DNA of 64,000 nt from Clostridia bacterium (GCA_017404545.1 JAFRCC010000006.1:8-64007); one strand, 5' to 3'; positions 48,127 to 56,884 are shown, counted from the first letter of the stretch. Program-made: numbers and translations. Notes: generated by a model not told the origin, from the letters alone.

Positions 48127-50799
48127 ATGAGTAAAAGAACCTTAGCTGATGAAATGATAACTTTAATTCAAAGTGAATCAAATAACAATCCCGCTCCTAA
48201 ACCCTGCAAAATAGTTGGCAATTATGGAACTAATCCTTATTGCGACGTAGAAGTTGAAGATTTAGGTAAATTAATCCATAAAAAAACAATAGGCAGTACA
48301 GAAATAGGTTCAGAAGGTATTATTTGCTTTTTAAACGGAGATTTAAATCAAGGAATTGTAATAACTCACGATGAAACAGCTCCAATAATTGAATGGTTTA
48401 ATCAAAATAATATAATCGATTTATTGTACTATCTCGAAAATTACGGTAAAAAGTCAGATAAATCCTATTATTTGTTTAGAGGTGATTGTTGGACTATTAA
48501 CAATAATTTCGAATCTAGCGCCTCAATTACTAGTAAAACCGACAAGGATTTTACCGTTACTGGAACATTCCGAACTAGAAATGATATTGTAGGTATTTAT
48601 TGGAACTCGGAAGATGTTATTCAACACCCGTATATCAGTTATGGTTCTATAACTGATTATTCTGACGTAATCTTAGAGTTTGATTATGAAATGAGCGGTT
48701 GTAAAGATTTTTCTAATGGAGTTATAAGTATTACTGTCGGAATGAATGACGGTTCAACATATTATATGACTATGAACCGTTTTATTGAAGATAATCATGT
48801 TACTCTTGATTTTAATAATCTTACTTTACTAGCTGGAAATGTTTATATTGATTCTGAAGGTGAGGAAATAGAGATTACAGAAACAACTCCCTTAGACGTA
48901 ACTGATGTAAAATATATTATGTTTGTTATAGTTCCTTCTAACTATGTAGAAAACAAAGAACAATATACAATTATTAGAAATACGGACTTTACTTGTAAGA
49001 TAAGCAATATTGAAGTTACTAATGGTGAAATTTGTAAAGAGTATATACCGTTAGACCCTCAAGAATATCGATTGTGTGAAGGTTATGACGATTTTTATGA
49101 TTTGAACCCTTATAGAGTTTGTAGGGAAATGAGGAAACTAGGATATGTAAATTGGATTGATTTATATATCGGCGCCTCTCATTTTTACGAAAAAAGCGGG
49201 ACTGTTGGAGATTTAATAACTATATCTGAAACTTTGAATCATACTCAAACAGAAAAAATGGTTTTAAATCAAAAAGTACCCTTGAATAGAGCTTTTACTA
49301 CTTGGTTGGATTGTTATTCTCGTGAATTAAAAGCTAACGGTAGTGATAAGCTTGTTGTTAGTGTATCTATGGAGAATTTGCAGTGCCCTACTAGTTGGAG
49401 ACAAAAAGCCTGTAATGGAAATTACGCTTTAACCGGTTGGGTTCCCTCTACTTTCTTTTATAGTCCTTGTAATCCGGAAGTATTGTCTTATATGCAGTCC
49501 GTTAGTGAAGCTTGTCTTGATATAGTTGTAGCTAATGATTTACAACCTATTCTTCAGATGGGTGAGGCTTGGTGGTGGTGGAATGAAAACGATAAACCTA
49601 ATCAACCGCCTTGTTTTTATGACGATTCTACTAGAAACAGTTATTATAAAGAGTTCGGTGAGAATATTCCGGAATATTCGTCATCTTGGGAAAATTACGA
49701 TAATAAACTCACTTCTTGGCTCAATAAACAATTAGTTAAATATAGTGATGGGTTAAGAGAGGTTGTAAAAGATTCTAAGTATAAAAACGGCTTGTATATG
49801 GCTTTATTTTTCCCTCCTTCCGTTACTGATGTTGATAGGGTTCCGGCTATGATGAGAGAGGTTAATTTTTTGAAAGATGCTTATACTCCTTTGAAATTAG
49901 ATGTTTTACAGCTAGAAGATTATGATTGGGTTACTGGCGAGAGCGTACATCATGATGAAGTCTACTCGTTAGGTCAAGAATTAGGATTTAGTGAGGATAG
50001 ATTACATTATTTTGGAGGTTTTGTTCAGTATCCTGAAGATGCGCCTAAGTTTTGGAATTTAATCTCTAAATCAATGGAAACTGCAATAAATAAGAAATTT
50101 AAAGAAGTCTTTGTTTGGGCGGGTTCTCAAGTAAGACGGGACGGAAAATTCATAGGTCATTACGCTTATGAGCTAATACAAAGATTGTTAGATAAAATTC
50201 CGGACGTTAAAGCTTATGATGATTCTGATTTGGTTTCTAGAATAACTAGTGCTGAAGGACAAATTACTACGATGGGAGGGCGAGTTTCTACTTTAAATGG
50301 AGAATTAACTACTCTAGACGGCAAAGTAACTACTTTAGAAGGTCAAGTATCAACTTTAGATGGAGAACTGACTACTTTGGAGGGTCAAGTTTCTACTTTA
50401 GATGGTGAAGTAACAACCTTAGAAGGTCAAATAACACCAATAGTTGATAGTGGGTGGGTTAATTTGAGTTTAACCGGTAATTTTTACAATTTTGATTCTA
50501 CTAATAGTGTAAAATACCGTAAATATGGAAGTGAGGTTCAAATTACTGGACTTCCAGTGTTAAATGCCTATCCTTCTGCGCTAACTGAATTAATCATTGG
50601 AACGTTGCCTAGTGGTTTTAGACCAATCCGTGACGTATCTTTTGTTTGTGAGTTAAAAGACGATGATAAGCTGTGGACTTGTACCGTAAAGTCTAACGGA
50701 GAGGTTACTTTCAACCGTTTGAGAGATAATACTGGTTTTGTTGCCGGAACTGCTTTTGCAGACGTTTTAAAATTAAATGTTAATTTCTTAATTGACTAA
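48127..50799 (+). CDS. large tail fiber protein with trimeric coiled-coil stalk and C-terminal receptor-binding-like head
   Basis: 890 aa containing seven TLxGxxT heptads and a central Trp-rich region (GEAWWWWNEND). Confidence 0.55.
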   Translation: MSKRTLADEMITLIQSESNNNPAPKPCKIVGNYGTNPYCDVEVEDLGKLIHKKTIGSTEIGSEGIICFLNGDLNQGIVITHDETAPIIEWFNQNNIIDLLYYLENYGKKSDKSYYLFRGDCWTINNNFESSASITSKTDKDFTVTGTFRTRNDIVGIYWNSEDVIQHPYISYGSITDYSDVILEFDYEMSGCKDFSNGVISITVGMNDGSTYYMTMNRFIEDNHVTLDFNNLTLLAGNVYIDSEGEEIEITETTPLDVTDVKYIMFVIVPSNYVENKEQYTIIRNTDFTCKISNIEVTNGEICKEYIPLDPQEYRLCEGYDDFYDLNPYRVCREMRKLGYVNWIDLYIGASHFYEKSGTVGDLITISETLNHTQTEKMVLNQKVPLNRAFTTWLDCYSRELKANGSDKLVVSVSMENLQCPTSWRQKACNGNYALTGWVPSTFFYSPCNPEVLSYMQSVSEACLDIVVANDLQPILQMGEAWWWWNENDKPNQPPCFYDDSTRNSYYKEFGENIPEYSSSWENYDNKLTSWLNKQLVKYSDGLREVVKDSKYKNGLYMALFFPPSVTDVDRVPAMMREVNFLKDAYTPLKLDVLQLEDYDWVTGESVHHDEVYSLGQELGFSEDRLHYFGGFVQYPEDAPKFWNLISKSMETAINKKFKEVFVWAGSQVRRDGKFIGHYAYELIQRLLDKIPDVKAYDDSDLVSRITSAEGQITTMGGRVSTLNGELTTLDGKVTTLEGQVSTLDGELTTLEGQVSTLDGEVTTLEGQITPIVDSGWVNLSLTGNFYNFDSTNSVKYRKYGSEVQITGLPVLNAYPSALTELIIGTLPSGFRPIRDVSFVCELKDDDKLWTCTVKSNGEVTFNRLRDNTGFVAGTAFADVLKLNVNFLID
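50284..50430 (+). repeat. 7 x 21-bp tandem repeat inside the tail fiber gene, encoding the heptad stalk
   Basis: gtttctactttaaatggagaa / ttaactactctagacggcaaa / gtaactactttagaaggtcaa ... read directly. Confidence 0.8.
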
Positions 50800-50813
50800 A
50801 AGAGCTGATAAAT

Positions 50814-51800
50814 ATGATAAAGAAAAGCGAAATTAAGCTAATTGCTGAAAAAATCAAAGAATATGTAGAAAAAAATAAGGAAATACCCAATTCAATAGAA
50901 GTAAATAAGAAAAAATACTCAAAAACCGAGTGTTTATACATTTTAGGATATGCTATTGATCATCTAAATGAAAATTTTGATTTTAAAAGCGGTAAAGTAG
51001 CAAGTAATCCTGTAATTACTGTCATTAATGAAGATATTTATGAGTCTGATTATAAAGACCAATCTAAAAGATTATGCCAATATTTAAATCAAAACGGTAA
51101 AGCTCCGAATTACATTAAATCAGTTAAATCCTCAACTAAGATTTCGCCGGATTTGGAGTTGTACGCTTTTGCTAAAATAATCGATTATTATTACAAAAAT
51201 AAAAGATTGCCTAATTATTGCAATTATAATTCTAGCGTATTGGCTAGCGTTAAGTCCAGTAAAAACAATTGCAGTAATCCTTATAAATCATCTCCTCACC
51301 CTACTAAAAAGGGTTGCGATGCTATGGGTCAAAATACTGGTTATTTTTGTGCAATTTGTGCACTGCAACATTCTTTATTCAAATTCGGTATCTACGTTTC
51401 TCAAAGCCAATTAGCAAAATGGGCGGGGACAACTAGCTCCGGAACTTCTCATCAAGGAATCCGTACTGCCGTTGCAATGGTAAACAGTAAATATCACGTT
51501 AATATTTCCGTAGATGAGAAAAACTTCAGTGATTTAGGTTTAGAAGGGTTGGCAAAACTTATCTGTAAAAGTAACGTTGATGTGATAATTCATTTGTTAT
51601 ATCGTCTTAAATACGGTCATTATGAGTCAATTAACGAAATTGACGTGAAAAATAAGATGTTTAAGATTTTAAACTCACTTGGAAACAAATGCTCTGGTGG
51701 TTGCTATTGCGGTTACGTTGAGGATAGATCATTAGCTGTAGAAAAATCATATATCGGTGGAATTAGTCAGAAATCCATCATTATTTTAACTAAAAATTAG
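50814..51800 (+). CDS. pei: pseudomurein endoisopeptidase (Pei-like lysin) with two N-terminal pseudomurein-binding repeats
   Basis: Two PMBR-like repeats (IKLIAEKIKEYVEKNKEIPNSIEVNKKKYSKTECLYILGYAI; LCQYLNQNGKAPNYIKS...LELYAFAKIIDYYYKNKRLPNYCNY). C-terminal Cys/His peptidase-like domain (GYFCAICALQHS...HLLYRLKYGHYESIN). Start in GAGCTGATAAATATG. Confidence 0.75.
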   Translation: MIKKSEIKLIAEKIKEYVEKNKEIPNSIEVNKKKYSKTECLYILGYAIDHLNENFDFKSGKVASNPVITVINEDIYESDYKDQSKRLCQYLNQNGKAPNYIKSVKSSTKISPDLELYAFAKIIDYYYKNKRLPNYCNYNSSVLASVKSSKNNCSNPYKSSPHPTKKGCDAMGQNTGYFCAICALQHSLFKFGIYVSQSQLAKWAGTTSSGTSHQGIRTAVAMVNSKYHVNISVDEKNFSDLGLEGLAKLICKSNVDVIIHLLYRLKYGHYESINEIDVKNKMFKILNSLGNKCSGGCYCGYVEDRSLAVEKSYIGGISQKSIIILTKN

Positions 51801-51808
51801 GTGAAAAT

Positions 51809-51997
51809 ATGAACGTTATTGTTAAAAAAATACATGAAATCCATTTAGATTATCAACAAAGGCAAGTTTCTAAGTTGTATAAGTCAGAAGGATTAACAAA
51901 AAGAGTCTTAAATAAGCAAAGAAAGATTAATGAAAAAAGAAATGAGCTAGATTTACCTGATAGGTATGAGAGGCAATATAAAAGGTTTGTACAATGA
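51809..51997 (+). CDS. hypothetical basic protein
   Basis: ORF with RBS AGGTGAAAATATG. Confidence 0.35.
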   Translation: MNVIVKKIHEIHLDYQQRQVSKLYKSEGLTKRVLNKQRKINEKRNELDLPDRYERQYKRFVQ

Positions 51998-52278
51998 ATA
52001 TTTTAGTTTTGATTAAAGAATTAGATTCTACGCCTTTAGATAGGGAAATAAGAAACGGAGGAGGTCATGGTGATATAATTAGTTTCTATAATGAAACTGG
52101 TAATGACTATGATTTAATCATAGAGGGTGTTGAATATTCAAGAGTAGTTCAGGCATGTGTTATTTTTAAAGACCGTTCTTATTATCTCTACATTCAACAC
52201 GGTGAAAATCCTAACTTAATTAAGTTAGATGTAGATAGTATAGAAGAAATTAATTGTATTCCGTCATTAGTTGAATAA
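51994..52278 (+). CDS. hypothetical protein
   Basis: ORF. Confidence 0.35.
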   Translation: MNILVLIKELDSTPLDREIRNGGGHGDIISFYNETGNDYDLIIEGVEYSRVVQACVIFKDRSYYLYIQHGENPNLIKLDVDSIEEINCIPSLVE

Positions 52279-52369
52279 CTCCCTCCCGTATTTTTGAATA
52301 AAAATATTTAAAATGTATAAAAACAAATTTATACCCATATTGCTATCAAAATATGCGCGAGGGTCAATT

Positions 52370-53242
52370 ATGAAAAACACTAAAAAGCTGATATTGCTAT
52401 TAGTATTGTCTATTTTTCTTGTGGGTATGTTGATGGGGTCAGCAACAGCAACTCATACAGTTAAAGTAGGTAAATATACTGGAACAATATCGGATAATGA
52501 TTATAAAAAATTACAAAATGCTAAAAGTAAAAATAAGGATTGTTCCGTTCTTAATGTTAAATCTAATAATAAAGGATATAGTATGGCAATTTACTATAAC
52601 ACCTTTTCGGGTTATGAGCCAATGTCCGGAATTACATTTGAAAAAGGATTTTTGGGTAGTGTATGGAAAAACGGTGAAGAATCTCCGATAATTGCTTATA
52701 AAAAAGCCACTATATCATCTAAAACCACAACAAATACTAAAAAAAATACTGTTTACACAAAACCACATACTTACAATCTGGGAGGATATAAAGTAACAGT
52801 TTCAGCTAAACAATATACTCAATTGAAGAAACATAAGAATACAAATACTTTATATATTGCTTATAAGAATATTGGCAATAAAAATGTTAAAGTTCCTAAG
52901 TATAAGACTGTGAAAAAGAAAGTATGGGAGACTAAATTAGTATTGGATGAAAAATTAGTTTATAGTTCCGATTGGTCTGATTCTACTTGGTATGAATATC
53001 ATGCTGATAGATACAGTAAAGCCGGTTGGAAATATTATGGAAGTAAAACTGTAGAATCCAATAATGGCCATGTTATTAAATATTATCAGAAATATAAAAA
53101 ACAAGTAACTAAAAACGTTAAAGTTAAAAATGGTTATAAAACGGTTAAAGTTCCAATTAAAGCTGAAATTTGGTCTAATGGAATGTATAAATTATATGAT
53201 AAGAACGGATATTTCTATAAATCCGGTAAAGTAAATATTTAA
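52370..53242 (+). CDS. secreted Lys/Tyr-rich protein (start at ATG 52370; the ORF track extends it to 52313)
   Basis: Signal/TM helix MKNTKKLILLLVLSIFLVGMLMGSATA. C-terminus K/Y-rich like 4439-5728 and 55374-56384. Confidence 0.5.
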   Translation: MKNTKKLILLLVLSIFLVGMLMGSATATHTVKVGKYTGTISDNDYKKLQNAKSKNKDCSVLNVKSNNKGYSMAIYYNTFSGYEPMSGITFEKGFLGSVWKNGEESPIIAYKKATISSKTTTNTKKNTVYTKPHTYNLGGYKVTVSAKQYTQLKKHKNTNTLYIAYKNIGNKNVKVPKYKTVKKKVWETKLVLDEKLVYSSDWSDSTWYEYHADRYSKAGWKYYGSKTVESNNGHVIKYYQKYKKQVTKNVKVKNGYKTVKVPIKAEIWSNGMYKLYDKNGYFYKSGKVNI

Positions 53243-53278
53243 ACCAATAGCTAAGCTATTGGTCTTTTTTTGTTTTTT
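53243..53278 (+). terminator. perfect hairpin ACCAATAGCT-A-AGCTATTGGT followed by TCTTTTTTTGTTTTTTG
   Basis: Read directly; begins at the stop codon of the upstream gene. Confidence 0.7.
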
Positions 53279-53432
53279 GTCTAATTTTTTCAAGTGTATG
53301 AAATAGTTTATTTTAACTTTTTTTCTATTGATTATTTTCATTAATTAATTTAACTAATTGTTCTCTGATTAAATACTGCTTAACTAACTCACTTATTTTT
53401 TTTATTAAATTTAAGCATTTACAACGTCGTAA

Positions 53433-53468
53433 TACATATATGTACTAGAGTTCTATCTATAACTATCG
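53433..53468 (+). promoter_or_regulatory. promoter-like bipartite element TACATATATGTA-N12-CTATAACTATCG, followed by a small hairpin CGGA-TTACG-TCCG
   Basis: Identical architecture at 14342-14377 and 54212-54247. Confidence 0.5.
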
Positions 53469-53543
53469 GATTACGTCCGGTGAGAACTTGAATTTATTTA
53501 TAACTTCAAGTGAACTGTTAAAAATGATGGAGAATTGATTTAA

Positions 53544-53708
53544 ATGATTGACGTATATGTAAAAAACTATAACGAAACTTTTGCTATAATCATCGACGGA
53601 GTAATTGTTGATTTTACTACTGTTTATGATGAAGTTGAAAATTTAATCTTAGAAGTTTGTGATGAATTAGGAATTGATACTTGGGATATTAACGTTCAAG
53701 AAAATTAA
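53544..53708 (+). CDS. small hypothetical protein (54 aa)
   Basis: ORF MIDVYVKNYNETFAIIIDGVIVDF... downstream of the promoter-like element. Confidence 0.3.
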   Translation: MIDVYVKNYNETFAIIIDGVIVDFTTVYDEVENLILEVCDELGIDTWDINVQEN

Positions 53709-53726
53709 GAATAACGAGCTGATAAT

Positions 53727-54116
53727 ATGAACAGAGCTGAATACTTAACTGAATTAATGAAAAGAGATGTGGAATCTATTGTAACTGCTGAAGAAGATGT
53801 TAAAGATATGGAGTTAAAATTAATCGTAGAGCTTAAAAAAGCTGAAGAAAAATGTGATGCTTATGAGGAAATGTACGAAGATGACGAAGGACTTATAATG
53901 TCTGCTTATACTGAATACGAAAGAGTTAGAAGTCCTATAACTCAATTAGAGTCTTTAGTTCAAGACTTCAAAATTAGCTTAATCGACCACTACGAACAAT
54001 TGTTAATAGAAAAAAGAGCCTATAATGAGGAAATCCGCAAAGCTTTGGCTACTGCTAAATATAATGTCGTTAAAATGGACGAAACTGTAGAAATTATTAA
54101 AGGTGTTTTAATCTAA
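53727..54116 (+). CDS. hypothetical acidic protein
   Basis: ATG in the 14-nt variant motif GAGCTGATAATATG. Confidence 0.45.
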   Translation: MNRAEYLTELMKRDVESIVTAEEDVKDMELKLIVELKKAEEKCDAYEEMYEDDEGLIMSAYTEYERVRSPITQLESLVQDFKISLIDHYEQLLIEKRAYNEEIRKALATAKYNVVKMDETVEIIKGVLI

Positions 54117-54211
54117 ACACCTATTATTTTTTTTCAATAAAATCCGTTGAATTATTGTAAAACCTCACCAAATATTATGATTTTAAAATTCAATCATTTA
54201 CGTTGGAGTAA

Positions 54212-54247
54212 TACATATATGTAGCGCTGTCCTAACTATAACTATCG
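54212..54247 (+). promoter_or_regulatory. promoter-like bipartite element TACATATATGTA-N12-CTATAACTATCG, followed by a hairpin CGAGA-N9-TCTCG
   Basis: Third copy of the conserved element. Confidence 0.5.
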
Positions 54248-54289
54248 AGAGTTAAATTATCTCGTGAAATAATTAAGGAGCTGATAAAT

Positions 54290-54604
54290 ATGAAAAACTT
54301 TGTTAAAATTATGGAAAACGTTGAAAACCTTGTAAAAGGCTGTGAAGGATATGTTGAATACGGATTTATTCCTGACGAAAATGTCGTTAGTGTAAGAGTA
54401 TTTGAATATGATGATTACGCTGAATATTGCGATGATTTAGAATACTACAACTTTACTCTCGTATTTTCCGAGTTATTCGAACAAATCAAAACCCAATGCA
54501 ATGACCTTGCAGAAAACATAAAATCCTACGTACCAACTGATGCGGATAAAATGTGCTACGGATATTTCAACTACCGTGAAATTCTCATAACTCCTCGTGA
54601 CTAG
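54290..54604 (+). CDS. hypothetical protein
   Basis: ATG in AGGAGCTGATAAATATG. Confidence 0.45.
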   Translation: MKNFVKIMENVENLVKGCEGYVEYGFIPDENVVSVRVFEYDDYAEYCDDLEYYNFTLVFSELFEQIKTQCNDLAENIKSYVPTDADKMCYGYFNYREILITPRD

Positions 54605-54613
54605 GTGATCTAA

Positions 54614-54850
54614 ATGTATGGATTTAACTTTATTATCAGAAATGATATGAAAGTATCTTTTTTCATTGATAAAAATGACGAATTTTACCATTGGCAATAT
54701 ATTAATGGATTTAATTATGATTTGGACGACTTTGAAAGGGATTTGATTAATAAATTTGGTAAAGATTTCTTAATCCGGACGGTTAAAGAGATGGCGGTTT
54801 ATGAAACTAAGAGATTAAACGGTCATATTGAATTGGTGAGGTTTGAATAA
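54614..54850 (+). CDS. hypothetical protein
   Basis: ORF with RBS AGGTGAT. Confidence 0.4.
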   Translation: MYGFNFIIRNDMKVSFFIDKNDEFYHWQYINGFNYDLDDFERDLINKFGKDFLIRTVKEMAVYETKRLNGHIELVRFE

Positions 54851-55280
54851 GATGTCCGATTATACTACTGTGAGGATTAAAAAATCCTCACTCGAAAAAA
54901 TCAATAAAATGAAAGGGGAACACGGGTCAGTTGCCGATGTTGTTGAAAAACTTCTAAGTTCTGTAGGAGGTTGTAGTATTGACGATATTCTTGAGATTAA
55001 CAGAGATAGCGTTGCTATAACTTTAGAATACTTATTTTTTGATGGAAAAAGTTTTCATCTAGCCAATGAGTATTATATTACTTTTCAAGAACTAAGATTA
55101 AGCAAAGTTGGTGATACTTTCACTGCAAATCAAAATCCGGCTGATGATAGTTATTCCCTCGATACCGCTGAAGTTTTATTTGTTGATGAACGTTCCGTCT
55201 TAGTTAGAGTAACTGAAACTTTGAAAAGTGAAAATCAGGAAACTTCCGTTGTTCATATGGAGCATGTGGATTTGTTTTAA
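54843..55280 (+). CDS. hypothetical protein
   Basis: ORF. Confidence 0.4.
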   Translation: MNKMSDYTTVRIKKSSLEKINKMKGEHGSVADVVEKLLSSVGGCSIDDILEINRDSVAITLEYLFFDGKSFHLANEYYITFQELRLSKVGDTFTANQNPADDSYSLDTAEVLFVDERSVLVRVTETLKSENQETSVVHMEHVDLF

Positions 55281-55373
55281 TTTTATCTATTTTTTATTCG
55301 AAGTCAAGAAATAATCTTGACATTTTTCTATTTTTAATAAATTATTTTAATAACAAAATATATACCTTTATTC

Positions 55374-56384
55374 ATGAAATATAATAGATTGGTTGTGTTG
55401 GGACTTGTTTTAATTGTTCTATTTTTAAGTATTGGAGTAACAACTGCAAATGAAAATACTACTTTAGAAGGTGTAGAATCTAATGTAGAGGATACTTTAA
55501 TGAGTTATGATGAAAATTTAGGGGAATATGGGGATTATGGGGAAAACTATAATGCTAGAATCATAGCTAACAACGTAACAGTAGAATATGATGATGAATA
55601 TGAACTATCAATCTATATTGTTGATAATAACAATAATCCAATAGAAATGGCGGAACCTTATTTTGAAGATTATTTAAATTCATGGTACGATTCTAACGGA
55701 TATTATTATTTTTATCCAAGTAATTATGATGTAGGAACTCATAATGTTACATTTACTCTTGACGACGGTCTTTATAAAGCAGAACCCGTTTCAATTAATA
55801 TGAAAATTGTTAAATCTGTATTTTATGGCGAAATTACTTGTAAATCTTATTGGGGAACTACTAAAAGCACTTTAACAATGAAAGCAACCGTTTATAATCC
55901 TTATGGAAGTTTTTATGAAGAGGGTTATGTTACTTTTAAAGTTAATGGAAAATCTTATAAAGTTAAAACTAAAGGTGGCGTAGCAACTAAAACAATAAAA
56001 ATTAAAAAATCCGGAACTTATACCTATACTGCAAAATTTATTAATAACAATTACAAATCATCAGGAGTAACTGGTAAAGCCAAATTATATGTTAAAAAAT
56101 ATAAAAAATATTATACATTTACAGCAAAAGATTATGATAAACATAAAACTACTGGTAAATTGATATATAAATTACCTTATAAGTATTATCTGAAATTATT
56201 AACTGCAAAAAGTAAAGGAAAAACTTGTTATTTGAATTTCAAAAGTAAAGTCAAAGTTTATGGAAATAAATGGTATAAAACCAGATGTGGATTTGATTTA
56301 AATAAAAAAGGTAAATTAACATTTACTTATGAGGTAGATACTTATTCCCATCCTGTTTTTGCATATAAAGTATATAATTTGTAG
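55374..56384 (+). CDS. secreted adhesin-like protein with Ig-like domain and Lys/Tyr-rich C-terminus (paralog of 4439-5728)
   Basis: Signal/TM helix. Big-like segment GEITCKSYWGTTKSTLTMKATVYNPYGSFYEEGYVTFKVNGKSYKVKTKGGVATKTIKIKK aligns with the 4439-5728 protein. Confidence 0.55.
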   Translation: MKYNRLVVLGLVLIVLFLSIGVTTANENTTLEGVESNVEDTLMSYDENLGEYGDYGENYNARIIANNVTVEYDDEYELSIYIVDNNNNPIEMAEPYFEDYLNSWYDSNGYYYFYPSNYDVGTHNVTFTLDDGLYKAEPVSINMKIVKSVFYGEITCKSYWGTTKSTLTMKATVYNPYGSFYEEGYVTFKVNGKSYKVKTKGGVATKTIKIKKSGTYTYTAKFINNNYKSSGVTGKAKLYVKKYKKYYTFTAKDYDKHKTTGKLIYKLPYKYYLKLLTAKSKGKTCYLNFKSKVKVYGNKWYKTRCGFDLNKKGKLTFTYEVDTYSHPVFAYKVYNL

Positions 56385-56653
56385 ATTTAGATAAATTCAA
56401 ATGAAAATACTTATATTAGTCCATTGAAATAATTTATTTTAAGTTCATTGATTATTCTACTCATTGGCTTGATTATTTTAATAACTGGAACTTAATTAAC
56501 TGTTGTTTAACTCAATCAATCTTTTGTTTATTCAATATTGAAATTGAATATCTCCGAGAGCCAATCCAAATTTTGAGTTTGAAGAGATTCTGAAGAGGTT
56601 CCGAAGATGTACTGAAATTCAATTTATATAGGGAATTTTATAAACTAATATTC

Positions 56654-56809
56654 ATGACTACAATAACAATCGAAGTATTAAAGAAAATAATTGAAAACCT
56701 CCCCGACGATTATAATGTTGAATTTGACAACGGGAAAAACAAACTTCAAATTGCTGATAAAGTAGAAATTGATGTTGGTTTGAAAAAGTTGATTTTAAAA
56801 AAGTATTAA
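56654..56809 (+). CDS. small hypothetical protein (51 aa)
   Basis: MTTITIEVLKKIIENLPDDYNVEFDNGKNKLQIADKVEIDVGLKKLILKKY has balanced composition, unlike the overlapping minus-strand ORF. Confidence 0.25.
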   Translation: MTTITIEVLKKIIENLPDDYNVEFDNGKNKLQIADKVEIDVGLKKLILKKY

Positions 56810-56884
56810 AATAGTTCTTAATTTCAATTATATATACTATTAACGCCCATAGTTCTAAATAGGCACAAAAAGGAATTTGGTTCA

